Assembly: GCA_965287045.1 (NCBI GenBank)
Contig: OZ336872.1
Coordinates: 120,032,001 to 120,096,000, forward strand
DNA from: Carcharhinus amblyrhynchos
Taxonomy: Eukaryota
Direction: 5' to 3'
DNA: 64,000 nucleotides
The position numbers and the translations under genes are program-made. Positions 1 to 12,155 of the stretch are shown here, piece after piece (position 1 is the first letter of the stretch; each line of letters starts with the position of its first letter). The notes below the pieces were generated by a model that saw nothing but the letters and a program-made list of their open reading frames with translations, did not search any database and was not told where the DNA came from.

Positions 1-45
1 GAAGGGTCTGTTTCCTGTGCTGTACTGTTCTTTGTTCTTCGTTCT
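1..45 (+). mobile_element. CR1/HER1-type LINE (or HE1 SINE) 3' tail, cut by window edge
   Basis: GAAGGGTCTGTTTCCTGTGCTGTACTGTTCTTTGTTCTT resembles the CR1 tail at 4260-4312. Confidence 0.75.
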
Positions 46-54
46 CCCGGAGCC

Positions 55-1836
55 GGGGAGATGCGGGCAAGTGCAACCATCTATATCTCCCAAATGGTGT
101 CCAGAACATAGAAACATTTTATCCAGCCTCACTTGCCAGTAATCAAATTTCGCATCTAGGGTAGTAAAGATCTTTGCTGTGGCAAGTTGTGACAAATTCC
201 TTTAACAGCTGGAATGGGGCAGTAGATCATTTCTGCGCTTCAGTTAGATCCTTTGGGTCTAAACCCACTCTCAGCGTTCCAGGTTGTTTCACAGCGAGCA
301 TGCTGCTAATCCAGTCTTTAGGAGCTGCCAGTCTCTTGGTTTCTCCTTTCTTTCCCAGCTCTTCTATCTTGTTTTCTTGGCTGGATGTGGGGGCAGCTGG
401 AACTTTTCTTGGCAGGTGCTGAATTGATCTTACACTCTCATCTAATTTGAGATGATTTTCATCTGGTAGACATCTGAACCCTGTGAACACATCATTATAC
501 TCCTCCAGAGCTCAGTGTTCAATGGTTTAGTGCGCTGCAACATATTGTAAATCTCTTTTTGTACCTTTAGGATTACCAGTCCGAGCTTTAGACTTGCTCT
601 AGCTGAGATAAGTGACTTTTACTGAACATTTATGATCTGGAACTCTGAATCTTCATTCTTGCTATTGTGTTGGGTTTTCGGATTAATTTGCCCTCTCAGA
701 ATGCGCGTTGTGCCAGCATACAGCCTCAATTTTACTCACGAGGGCTTCATTTTTGGATCACCTTGTTGAGCCACTCTGCACAGGTCTTTGAAGGTCATAA
801 AGTACCACTGTCCATCTAACAATTCATCTTCACTTGATTCTGTCCTTCATCATTGTAACAGTCACAAACCATTTACCATCTCCAGGCTTGACAGATCAAC
901 CTGCCGTGTCAGAATCTTCAGCTGATATCTCTCCAATGGCCACCATAGGAGAGTTTTGCTTCTTTCTAGCCAAACACTTGTGTGAAAAATCATTCAGGTC
1001 CTTGCAGTTGGAACGCTGCTTTCCCCATGCTGGACAAATCATCCTTTCCTCTGTGTGATGTCCTCCACAGTATTTGCATCCTGCCCTTTGTCTGTGATCT
1101 TTCTGTTCTTTCAGCCTGGGATGGCTACCAGCATAAAGCAAAGCCTGATCTGTTCTGCCATGAATATGCTCTAGCTGATGGTTTACAATCTCTGCGTTTC
1201 TGTAGGTGTCTACCTCTTTCTTGGATGTAACTGCCTCCTCTCTCAATAGATTTCCTCTCACTGCAGGATCTGTTATGCCTAAGACAATCCTATCTTTGAA
1301 GAGATCATTTTTTAGTTACCCAAATTCATAGATTCTGCAAGCTACATTACTGCATTCTCATTCTAAACAATAGATTACTTTTCACCTTGATCCACAATGT
1401 TAAATACATTTTGTTCACAAGTTACATTCACTTGGAGTTCAAAGCTTGACTCCAAGGCTTTCAGGGTTTTTGCTGTCTGTTTTTTAACTGTTCTTCAGTG
1501 AGTGGAATAAAATTTGTAAGTTTCTCCCCAAAACTGTTAACAGTGTGCTTTCCTGGCTCTGGCTTGTTAATTAAATCTGTTGGAATCTCATAATTTTGTT
1601 ATTGTAAGTGGAAAAACTGCCAGTTCTATCACATATCACCTTTTAGTTCAAAAGGAGCCAGGAGAGCAAAATTAACGCCCATTTAGTCTTACCCACTGAT
1701 TTGCTTGCTTCTTTTGTTTGCTTTTCCTTGTCAGTGGCTTTTTGCAGCTTTGGGCATTTCAGTGTTTCTCTTTCAGTAGCTGTGCCTCCCTCCAGCTTTT
1801 CAAAACAACTTCACTGCCACTCTTGACACCATGTTG
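55..1836 (-). mobile_element. Decayed Ty3/Gypsy LTR retrotransposon internal region (gag zinc knuckle, protease, N-terminal RT); 3' part missing
   Basis: Minus-strand frames give a gag knuckle CKYCGG..CPAWGKQRSNCKDLNDFSHKC (896-1261), a protease-like MDSG near 802-835 and RT LPRKVP..DWISSMLAVKQPGTLRVGLDPKDL (227-490). These continue through frameshifts into KIFTTLDAKFDYWQVRLD and WTPFGRYRW (60-200). Many stops. Confidence 0.9.
1817..1831 (-). promoter_or_regulatory. Primer-binding site of the Gypsy element (tRNA-Leu-like)
   Basis: The minus strand reads ..CAACA|TGGTGTCAAGAGTGG, close to TGGTGTCAGAAGTGG (complement of the tRNA-Leu(CAA) 3' end). It lies just after an LTR-like CA end and upstream of gag. 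Confidence 0.75.
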
Positions 1837-1842
1837 CGAGCT

Positions 1843-4312
1843 CAGAGGGGGTCTGGTGGACTGAAGTGCATTTGTTTCAAAGCGAGAAGTGTAACAGGTA
1901 ATGCAGATAAACTTAGAGCTTGGATTAGTAAGAGGAACTACGATGTTGTTGCCATTATAGAGACTTGGTTAAAGGAAGGACAGGATTGGCAGCTTAACAT
2001 TCCAGGATATAGATATTTCAGGTGAGATAGAGGGGGATGTAAAAGGGGTGGGGGAATTGCACTACTGGTTAAGGTGAATATCACAGCTGTACTGTGAGAG
2101 GACACCTCAGAGGGCTCATACAGCGAGGCAATATGGGTAGAGTTCAGGAATAGGAAGGGTATAGTCACAATGTTGGGGGTTTACTAAAGGCCGCCCAACT
2201 GCCAGCAGGAGATAGAGGAACAGATATGTAGGCAGATTTTAGCAAGTGTAAAGGTAACAGGGTTGTTGTGGGAGACTTTAACTTCCGCTATATTGACTGG
2301 GACTCACTTAATGCAAGGGGCATGGATGCAACAGAGTTTGTAAGGAGATCCAGGAGGTCTCCTTGAAACAGTATGGAGATAGTCCAACCAGAGAAGGGGG
2401 CCATACTGGACCTGATATTGAGAAATGAGCCCAGCCAGGTGGTCAACATTTCAGTAGGGGAGCAGTTCAGGAACAGTGACCACAATTCAGTAAGCTTTAA
2501 GATACTGATGGATAAAAAAATTTGTAGTCCACTGGGAGAAGGCTATTACAACAATATTAAGCAGGAACTGAAGAATGTTGATTGGAGACAAATGTTTGAG
2601 GGCAAATCAACATCTGGCATGTGGGAGACTTTCAAGTATAAGCTGATAGGGATTCAGGGCCGACACATTCCTGTAAGGATGAAGGATAAGTTTGGCAAGT
2701 TTTGGGAACCTTGGATAACAAGTGGTATCGTGAGCCTAGTCAAAGAGAAAAAGGAAGCATTCATCAAAGGTAGGAGACTGGGAACATACAAAGAAAGTGT
2801 GGAATGCAAGAAAAGTAAAAAGAAACTTAAGCAAGGAGTAAGGAGGGCTAAAAGGGGTCATGAAAAGTCATTGGCCAGCAGGATTAAGGAAAATCCCAAG
2901 GCTTTTTATACATATATAAAGAACAAAAGGGTAGCCAAGGAGAGGTTGGCCCAATCAAGTCAGGGAAGGGAATCTATGCATGGAGCCAGAGGAAATGGGC
3001 AAGATATTAAATGAGTACTTTGTGTCAGTATTCAACAAACAGAATGATTTGTTGGATGATGAATCTTGTAAGGGGTGTGTAGACAGTTTGAGTCATGTTG
3101 AGGTCAAAAAAGAGGAGGCCTTGCAGTTCTTGAGAAACATTAAGATAGACAAGCCCTCAGGGCCTAATGGGATATTGAGAAAGGCAAGGGAGGAAATTTC
3201 TGGGGCATTGAGAGAAATATTTGTATCCACGCTGGCTACAGGGGAGGTCCCAGAGGATTGGAGAATAGCTAATGTTGTTCCTTTGCTTAAGAAGGGTAGG
3301 AAGAATAATCCAGGTAATTACAGGCTGGTGAGCCTTACATCAGTGGTAGGGAAATTATTGGTGAGGATTCTTTGAGACAGGATTTACTCCCACTTGGAAA
3401 TAAGTGGTCGTATTCGCGAGAGGCAACTTGGTTTTGTGAAGGGGAGGTTATAAGAGGATGCAACAGGATATAGATCATTTGGAGGCATGGCAGATGCAGT
3501 CCAATCCAGACAAATGTGTGGCAATGCATGTTGGAAGGTCTAATACAGGTAGGAAGTATACAGTAAATGGCAGAACCCTTAAGAGTATTTTTAGGCTGAG
3601 GGATCGGGATGTACAGGTATACAGGTCACTGACATTGGCAATGCAGGTGGAGAACATAATTAAGAAGGCATACAGCATGCTTGCCTTCATTGGTTGGGAC
3701 ATTGAGTTTAAAAATTGGCAAATCATGTTGCAACTTTATAGAACAATAGTTCGACCGCACTTGAAATATGGTGTTCAACTCTAGTTGCCACACTACCAGA
3801 AGGATGTGGGGGCTTTGTAAAGGGTACAGAAAAGATTTGCCAGGACGTTGCCTGGTATGGAGGCCTCTAGCTATGAGAAGAGATTGGAGAAGTTTGGTCT
3901 GTTGTCACTGGAACGCCTTAGGTTGAGGGGTGAACTTATAGAAGTCTACAAGATTATGAGGGGCATGCACAGAGTGGATAGTCAGAAGCTTTTTCCCAGG
4001 GTGCAAGAGTCAATTACTAGGGGGCATAGGTTTAAGGTGTGAGGGGCAAGGTTTAAAGGAGATGCACGATGCAAGTTTTCTACACAGAGGGTGGAGGGTG
4101 CCTGGAACCCGTTGCCGGGGGAGGTAGTGGAAGCAGATATGATAATGAGATTTAGGGACGTCTGGACAAATACATGATAGGATGGGAATGGAGAGATATG
4201 ATTCCAGAAGGGTAGGGGGTTTTAATTCAGTCGGGCAGCATAGTCAGTGCAGGCTTGGAGGGCCGAAGGGCCTGTTCTTGTGCTGTAGTTTTCTTTGTTC
4301 TTTGTTCTTTTT
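1843..4312 (+). mobile_element. CR1/HER1-type LINE ORF2 (APE endonuclease + RT, internally deleted, pseudogenised) with 3' tail
   Basis: APE motifs LKCICFKARS, YDVVAIIETWL, GDFN, AILDLIL, SDHNSV; then NPKAFYTYIK, DWRIANVVPL, PGNYRLVSLTSVVGKLL, LYRTIVRPHL, LRGELIEVYKIM; ends in a GTTCTTT repeat tail. Confidence 0.95.
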
Positions 4313-4319
4313 GTTTTTA

Positions 4320-4607
4320 GTGCAATCATTGTAGTACAATGTCTTTATTCGAACTGAATATAACATTCAGGGGGTTGCTTGGCCATGCTAAATTGTCCCT
4401 TAGTGTCCCAAGATGTATAAATTAGGGGAATTAGTGGGGTAAATGTGTGGAGTTGCGGGGATAAGCTCTGGGTAAAATGCTCTGCTGGAGAGTCAGTGCA
4501 GAATTGATGGGCCTGTAAGGATTCTATGAATATGGCTACCCTGCTTGTCCTTCATGACAGTACTCACATGACTATGGCAAGCCCGGTAGAGCCTTAGTGC
4601 TATTACA
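4320..4607 (-). mobile_element. Probable remainder of the Gypsy 5' LTR, containing a V-SINE 3' fragment (~4375-4530, +)
   Basis: The minus strand starts TGTAATAGCAC at 4607 and has AATAAA near 4344-4349. It would join the CAACA LTR end at 1832-1836 if the CR1 and SINE were removed. Confidence 0.5.
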
Positions 4608-4807
4608 TTTCAATCTAATACAATAAGGCCGGGTGACACATTTTATTGCCTGGGCCTACTAGCTCAACTGAGATGAGGGTTTGTTGGATCAGGAGATAAG
4701 GAACTTTCTGTATATTGGATCTAGAATGCCTGTCCTCAGTAATCAACCCTCCCTCCCTCCAACAATCCATCTGATTTCCCCCCTGTTCACAATGCCTCAA
4801 AGATTTA

Positions 4808-5118
4808 GGGCAACGCAATGATTGGCACTGCTGCTTCACAGCTCCAGGGACCTGGATTCAATTCCCGAATTGGGTCACTGCGTGCAGTTTACACATTCTC
4901 CGCGTGCCTGCATGGGTTTCCTCCAGGAACTCCAGTTTCCTCCCAGACTCCAAAGATGTGCTGATTAGGTTGATTGGCCATGGAAAATTGGCCTTTAATG
5001 TCCTGGGATTTGTAAGTTAGAGGGAATGGTGGGGTAAATAGGATCTGGGGTGGGATTGTTGTTAGTGCAGATAAGTCAAAGTCAAATGGCTTCATTCTGC
5101 ACTGTAGGGTTTCTATCT
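4808..5118 (+). mobile_element. HE1-like V-SINE, CR1-type tail (tail A)
   Basis: tRNA-like head, V-core GGGTTTCCTCCAGGAACTCCAGTTTCCTCCC, tail TTCTGCACTGTAGGGTTTCTAT. Confidence 0.9.
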
Positions 5119-5737
5119 CTGATCATTCCTCCACTAGGACTCTACCTTTTCCATTCAAGATCTCTGACCTCTCCCCCACTGAGGCCCTAACCATTCCTAT
5201 TGAAGCCTCTGCCTCTCTTCCCTCCCAAGGCCTCCAGCCAAACCTAGATTTATGAATCAACCAAGCCCCGCACCCCCCATCATTTCAATCTCTGACCACC
5301 ACCCGAATCCAAGGCTTCTGACTGCCACCACTGATGCAAATGGGTGCATCACCTCCTTCTCAGATATATACCACCCAGGGCCCTAGGATTGGATCCCATG
5401 GGGTCAAAACTCCCCACCCCAAGGTCAATGCTCCATTCCTGGATTTGGACCTTCCCTTTTGTCAAGGCCTTCCAAGCACTTCAACTTCTGCTGGATTGCT
5501 CCCTGCCCAGCTGGAAGCTGAACCTGCCAGTCAGGCTAGCTTCCTGTTCAGGAACGTGTAGGTGGTTAGACTGACCTCATACGCAAACCGCACCATAAAC
5601 CCTGCAACATGTCGGGGAACCCTGATATCCAGATTCCCATGGACTGCTCCTGCACATTCCCCCTCTGCCTCTCTGCTAATCCACCCCAGCTGCAATGCCT
5701 CCAGACCTCACCACCCCACCAACGCATCCTTCTCAGC

Positions 5738-6087
5738 TCTTTTTTTTATTCATTTGTAGCACATGGGCATCGCTGGCTGGGCCCACATTTATTGCCCATT
5801 CCTAGTTGCCCTTGGAGGGCAGTTGAGAGTCAACCACATTGCTGTGGCTCTGGAATCACGTGTGGGCCAGATCGGGTAAGGACGGCAGATTTCCTTCCCT
5901 AAAGGACATGAGTGAACCAGATGGATTTTTCCAACAATTGACAGTGGTTTCATGGTCATCAGTAGATTCTTAGTTTCAGATTTTTTTTATTGAATTCAAA
6001 TTCCACCATCTGCAGTGGCGGGATTCAAACCCAGATCCCCAGAACATTAGCTGAGTTTCTAGATTAATAGCAATAATACCACTAGGC
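5738..6087 (-). mobile_element. tRNA-derived SINE family 2 (L2-like tail)
   Basis: Reverse complement of the element at 16149-16500 (A-box CCTAGTGG, B-box GTTTGAATCC, tail AAGGGCAACTAGGAATGGGCAATAAATG). Confidence 0.9.
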
Positions 6088-6524
6088 AAAAGAAAGAAAA
6101 TAACATTTGAATTTAGATTTTTGTTTATTGATACTATCAGTGTCTCCTTCATAAACGTGTACAGATTTTCATGGCAACAAGATATGTCTCTACAAAAGCC
6201 TTTGCCAGTGCTACTTTCTGCTACCATTTTTACAGGAGCCCTGAGTTGCGAATCTGTAAGCAAATGACATATTGTCGTTTGATTTCCAAGCTGCAGTACA
6301 ACTTCCCAAGCTGCCTCTCTTTGGCAGATGGAATAAGCGCATGAGTCCATCCCCATGGTAACTGCAGCTGTGCCAGGCAACCAGTACTCTGCTGATTAAA
6401 AAAAGACTGCAAAAAAAAAACCCAAGTTGTGTAGTGATCAGCGACTGGGATCACTATTAGCCCAGATAAGCGACAGTGAAAGCAAAGGCGAGACACAGGA
6501 GCTATAAATACAGCGAGAGAGACT

Positions 6525-6628
6525 GGGTAATTTTGACTTTGATGGAAGTAAATATCAGGAGAGATGTAAAAAGGGCCAGTGATGCGTTACCGCCCACTTT
6601 CCACTGTGGCACAAAGTGAAAATTACCC
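6525..6628. mobile_element. ~104-bp MITE-like element with 17-bp terminal inverted repeats
   Basis: GGGTAATTTTGACTTTG ... CAAAGTGAAAATTACCC, one mismatch. Confidence 0.7.
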
Positions 6629-6939
6629 CCAGAGAGTGAGATAAACACTCACGCAGAAAACAATAAGACAACGACTGTGAAAATAACACCCACGAAGAGA
6701 CAGACGAAAGAGAGTGAGAGAAACACAACAAAAAGGAACAGGCACATAGAGCTTTTTTTCATAATGGGTGGTGTGTTGTTTTTCATTCATTTAATGTGAT
6801 GAAGAAATGAACAATGAGAAATTTCGCTTGAATCAATAGCTCCAATTGAAGAGGTTCACAAGTTGTAATGAGCTGAATGGCACCCCTGTGTTCCGTAACT
6901 TCTATAATTCAGTGTAAAAATGGAGAGCAGGATTAACGT

Positions 6940-7265
6940 GGCGGCACGGGGGCACAGTGGTTAGCACTGCTGCTACCTCACAGTGCCAGGGACCAGGGTT
7001 CAATTCTGGCCTTGGGTCACTGCCTGTGTGGAGTTTGCATGTTCTCCCCGAGTCTGCGTGGTTTCCTCCGGTGCTCCGATTTACTCCCGCAGTCCAAAGG
7101 TATGCGGGTTACGTTAAATTGGCCATGCTAAATTGACCCTAGTGTCAGGGGATTTACCGAGTAAATACGTGGAGTTACGGGAATAAGGCCTGGGTGGGAC
7201 TGTGGTCAGTGCAGACTTGAATGCCAAATGACCTCCTTCTGCACTGTAGGGATTCTATGATTCTA
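6940..7265 (+). mobile_element. HE1-like V-SINE, tail A
   Basis: GGCACAGTGGTTAGCACTGCTGC head, V-core, CTTCTGCACTGTAGGGATTCTATGATTCTA tail. Confidence 0.95.
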
Positions 7266-8639
7266 ACTGTACAGGTTTTACATGCCTCAACACATTGAGA
7301 CTCTAATTTCCTGGGCAACACTAAACAAAAGAGCAACTCGCAGGAATGATCTTATTGATGCATTGTTTGTTCATTATATTGCATCTGGGATGGTGATCTC
7401 CGAGATAGGCTTCCTTCTGAACTGAATTTAACATATTCACTTTGTTTGTTTAATAATCTATGCTTCCGGTATTCAGGTCCATTGAATAAATTTGCTAGGA
7501 TGACTTCAAGACCCTGCAAAGGTGTGGAAATATAAGCTTAGTTGAAACAGACAGCGATGGTTTTTTTGCATAATCATTTCTGTAACCTCAGGTTGGCACA
7601 GGAACCCTTTTATATTTCACCACGGACACAATATAACTCTTGGGATCCAAGCTGCTAACTCAAAATATTAAAATAGATATCTTTAGAACAACAAACATAT
7701 ATAAATGAGAAAGAACCTGGGGATGCAGTGTTGATTTAGAAAGTATAACTTTATGTTTGCTTCAACCCATTTATTACACAAATATTAGTCACTAAGAGAG
7801 ACCCTTATATTTATTCCCTTGCCTGTTATACTAAGTGGGGCTGCACAAAATCCACCATGTTCCTCTGAGGATTGGAGCTCCGTTTAAAGGCAGCACCATC
7901 AGCAAACTAAACACAGACAGAAACACTGTTGGTCTAGAAGGAAATGTGTTTGTTTCTTTCTTGGTCTTGAACCTTAAACCTTAATTCAAAAATCCAAGGT
8001 TTTAAAATAGAATTAACATTATCATTGATTAAGAGTCCTGTCTTGTAGGTTTTACTTGGGTTCCAATTGCACTTTTTCCTCCCACTAACCCTGATCTTTT
8101 GTTTACAGTCTCTCCATCCTATTCCTCCAGCAGTGATACAAAGCATTCTGGGGATTGTTACGATGCTAATGCACAAGGTGTAGAAAATGGCATTGTTTCA
8201 AAATACAAGTCCTCATGAAAAGGAATAGAAGAATCTGAAGCTACAAGTATTTGCAACTTATTAAAATCAGTATAGACAATAAAATGTTGCCACGTACATT
8301 TGTCTTGTTTAGGAGTGAAATGGAATGGGTGAGTGCTCGACTATGTAATTTATCTCATGGCATAAACTGCTTTGCATCTTCCGTTCATTGCCAATATTCA
8401 ATTTTCTTTCTTGTTCACATTGCCAGATCATACAAAGTTACACACTGTCTAGTTAAAAAAGCGGGAATATAAAGTATGTGGCACTGACTACATCATGAAC
8501 TTAAGGACTCGTAAGTCTGCTGTGACCTTTCGGCATTGGCCCAGAGTGGTTGAAAGGAACTATTGCCTTCATGTGTGCATTGTATCTGGCCTCGATTATC
8601 CTTCACACAAGTGACATTTCAGTTGAGTAGTCATACTTC

Positions 8640-10005
8640 AGCTAGAGCTCAAAGTATTTAACTTCTGAGTCAGAAGATTTTAGACATGAGCTCTGGGCCA
8701 GACCTCTGAGCACATTTAAGCTAAGACTTATATGCAGTGCTGAGGGAGTGCTGCATTGTCAGAGATGCTGCCCTTCAAATGGTACGTGAAACATAACTTA
8801 AACTTGCCCATCCTATCTAAGAGGATCCAAAATCACTATTTGAAAAAGACAGTTCTCCCAGTGATTAGTCAATATTTATCCACTCACCAACATCACCAGA
8901 ACAGCTCACCTACTCTTGCTATTTATGGGATCTTGCTCTGCATATCTTGTTTGATTTGATTTATTATTGTCACATATATTAATATATAGTGAAAAGTATT
9001 GTTTCTTGTGCACAAAGTAAATTATTCATAGAGAAGGAAAGGAGAGAGTGTAAAGTGTAGTGTTAAAGTCAAAGCTAGGGTGTAGAGAAAGATCAGCTTA
9101 ATGAGAGGTAAGTCCATTCAAAAGTCTGATAGCAGCAGAGAAGAAGCTGTTCTTGAGTCGGTTGGCATGTTGCCTCAGACTTTTGTATCTTTTTCCCAAT
9201 GGAAGAAGGTGGAAGAGAGAATGCCCGAGGTGCATGGGGTCCTTAATTGTGCTGGCTGCTTTGCCAAGGCAGTGGGAAGTATAAACAGAGTCAACAGATG
9301 GGAGGCTGGCTTGCATATGGATTGGGCTACATTCACAGCCTTTTGTAGTTTCTTGCAGTCTTGGGCAGAGCAGGAGCCATACTAAGCTGTGATACAACCT
9401 GAAAGAACGCTTTCGGTGGTGCATCTGTAAAAGTTGATGATTGTCGTAGCTGACCTGCCGAATTTCCTTAGTCTTCTGAGAAAGTAGAGGTGTTGGTGGG
9501 CTTTCTCACTATAGTGTCAGTATGGGGGGACAAGGACAGATTGTTGGTGATCTGGACACCTAAAAATTTGAAGCTCTTGACCATTTCTACTTCGTCCCAG
9601 TTGATGTAGACAGGGGCATGTTCTCCACTATGCTTCCTGAAGTCGATGACAATCTCCCTCATTTTGTTGACGTTGAGGGAAAGATTATTGTTGGTGCACC
9701 AATTCACCAGATTCTCTATCTCATTCCTGCACCCTGTCTCAACATTGTTTGAGATCCAACTCACTATGGTGCTGGCATCAGCAAACCTGAAAATCAAGTT
9801 GAACGGGAATTTGGCCACATAGTCGTAGGTGTATAAGGACAACAGTAGGGGGCTAAGAACACAGTTTTGTGGGGCACCGGTGCTGAGGATGGTTGTGGAG
9901 GAGGTGTTGTTGCCTACCCTTACTGACTGTGCTCTGTGTCTTTCCGAAATTAGAACAGCGACTACGCTTCATGTGAACTTCATTGCCTGTGAAGTTATTT
10001 CTTTC
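8640..10005 (+). mobile_element. SacSINE1-like DeuSINE, split by the Rex1 insertion (parts ~8640-8945 and ~9935-10005)
   Basis: GCAGTGCTGAGGGAGTGCTGC, GTTCTCCC..AATATTTATCCACTCACCAACATCACC, GGGATCTTGCT; tail ACAGCGACTACGCTTCA..ACTTCATTGCCTGTGAAG resumes after Rex1. Homologous to 53040-53442. Confidence 0.7.
8948..9935 (-). mobile_element. Rex1/Babar non-LTR retrotransposon, 5'-truncated RT C-terminus and 3' end
   Basis: SLYTYDYVAK..IFRFADASTIV..NWCTNNNLSLNVNKMREIVIDFRK..FKFLGVQITNNLS; RLKNSFF..AIRLLN; (AAATC)n-like tail at 8948. Confidence 0.92.
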
Positions 10006-10129
10006 ACCTGATTTGCCGCTGTGCTGTATGAGAATACCAATGTGTCAGAACAGCACTTGCAAGGTATTCTAGTGATAGGGTGAGAAATGTCTATAACACC
10101 ATGGTGTCCACATTAGCTTTCCTATCTAT

Positions 10130-10461
10130 TGTAATGATAGTATGAAAAATGCCATCAATGTTCTTGGAAAAGGATGTATTTGTATTTATTTGTCAGTACG
10201 TACACGTGATAACCCTCAGGACTTACACGGGAAGTCCCTGATTGACCTTCCTTTAAGGCTCATTCCCGGGTAATTACCCTATCAGGTGTAACTGATATTC
10301 TGAGCCTTTTATAAAGCAGGCCCCTGAGTGGGTCCATTATTGTAATGTCCAGGTTGGGACATGTATGAATTAACCACAGGCTTGTAGTTTTGCTTTCCTT
10401 TAACTTTGTGCAATAAGGTACCGTTCCTTTATAGTTGATTCCAGGAGTTACTACAGTACAC
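10130..10461 (+). mobile_element. Possible solo LTR (boundaries uncertain)
   Basis: TG..CA-compatible ends, TATAAA near 10310, AATAA near 10412, and CCCTGATTG as in other LTR-like pieces here. No TSD found. Confidence 0.35.
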
Positions 10462-10685
10462 ATGTAGAATTAATTGAAAAATTAGTGGAGAGAATCAAGA
10501 GCTGTGTACCTGTGATTGTATGTGCCTCAGAACATTTGGACTACAGTATTGTGATCCATGTGTGTTCCTGCTATGGTGGAATGTTGTGATTCATCATGGC
10601 CTCATAAAACCTGATCATGCACATGGATTACCTTTCTGCTATAAAATATATTCTCACAAAATAAAAACAATAACTGTTTATCCAT

Positions 10686-10745
10686 AACAAAAACAGAAAA
10701 CCGTGAAAATACTCAACAGGTCAGGCAGCATCTACGGGGAGTAAA
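10686..10745 (-). mobile_element. Penelope-like terminal repeat fragment (family A)
   Basis: AAAACAGAAAA..ATACTCAACAGGTCAGGCAGCATCT is homologous to 15401-15540. Confidence 0.65.
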
Positions 10746-10759
10746 ATGGAGATAGCATC

Positions 10760-11066
10760 TATAGAAACCCTACAGTGCAGAAAGAGGCTATTCAAATCTG
10801 CACCTACACAATCCCACCAAGGCCCTACTCCCATATGCCTACATATTTACCCACTAATCTACACATCTCATGACACTAAGGGGCAATTTTAGCATGGCCG
10901 ATCAACCTAACATCTTTGGAGGAAACCAGGGCACCTGGAGGAAACCCACGCAGACACAGGGGGAATGTGCAAACTCCACACAGACAGTGACCCAAGCCGG
11001 GAATTGAACCCAGGTCCCTGGAGCTGTGAAGTAGCAGTGCTAACTGCTGTGCCACCATGCCGCCCA
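10760..11066 (-). mobile_element. HE1-like V-SINE, tail A
   Basis: Reverse complement of the V-SINE consensus seen elsewhere in the window, head to tail. Confidence 0.93.
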
Positions 11067-11279
11067 AAGGAGAGTAGAGCAATCTAGAGGAGGGTAGAGC
11101 AATTTAAAGGAGGGTATTCCTGGAAGAGAAGTGGGAGCAAGTTAAACATTAAACCAGCTGCAAAGTGGAGATGCAGAAGGATCAGTGCTGATCAGTCATC
11201 GTTAACTGAATTTCTTACTCTGATTCGGATCGAGGGATGTGTAACTCAATATGCAAACTAGTTATAACTGAGGAATAAT

Positions 11280-11570
11280 GCAACATAATACAAGGAGGGA
11301 TAGAAAACTTGCAGACAGGACTTTTTAGTGCCAAATGAACTTTAACATGGATAAATGAGAGCCGATGTTCTTTGGGCGGAAAACCAGAATCACCATAGAC
11401 ACCTCAGGAAATGGAAAAACTGAATAAGGTCGATAAGCAAAGGAATCTATAGGTGACCAACTCTTTTAAAGCAGCACCACAGGTCAGCAAAGCAATTAAA
11501 ATGCTAATAAAGCATTGGGATTTATTGCTATGGGGTTAGAATTTAAAAATAAGGAACTTATGTTAATTTT
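11280..11570 (+). mobile_element. Old CR1 ORF2 C-terminal fragment
   Basis: Degenerate FN.DK..V..FGRKN and ALGFIAMGLEFKNKELML motifs. Confidence 0.65.
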
Positions 11571-11575
11571 CTATG

Positions 11576-11780
11576 GATGGCATGGTGGCAAAGTGGTTAG
11601 CACTGCTGCCACACAGCACCAAGGACACAGGCTCAATTCTGGCCTGGTGTGACTGTCCAAATGGAGTTTGCACATTCGCTCTGTGTCTGCCTGGGTTTCT
11701 TCCAGGTTTTCCAATTTCCTCCCACACTCCACAGAATTGCAGATCAGGTGGATTGGCCATGCTAAATTGCCCCTAAGGGT
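11576..11780 (+). mobile_element. V-SINE 5' half, abutting a Rex1 fragment
   Basis: Head and V-core up to GGCCATGCTAAATTGCCCCT, then truncated. Confidence 0.88.
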
Positions 11781-11784
11781 CTTG

Positions 11785-12155
11785 GAAAGAAAGATCAACT
11801 TAATTCAAGGTAAGTTCATTCAAAAGTCTGACAGCAGCAGGGAAGAAGCTGTTTTTGAGTTGATTGGTATTTGATCTCAGACTTCTGTACTTTTTTCCTC
11901 ACAGAAGAAAATGGAAGAGAAAATGTCCGGGGTGCAACTGCTTTGCTGAGGCAGTGGGAAGTGTTATAGAGTCAATGGATGGGAGGCTGGTTTGCATGAT
12001 GGATGGGATACAGCTATACCCTTTTATAGTTCCTTGCAGTCTTGGACAGAGCAGGAGCCATAACAAGCTGTGATACAACCAGAAAGAATACTTTCCATGG
12101 TGCACCTGTAAAAGTTGGTGAGTCTTAGTGCACTTGTCAAATTTCCTTAGCCTCT
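11785..12155 (-). mobile_element. Rex1/Babar fragment
   Basis: Collinear with 9085-9480. Confidence 0.9.
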
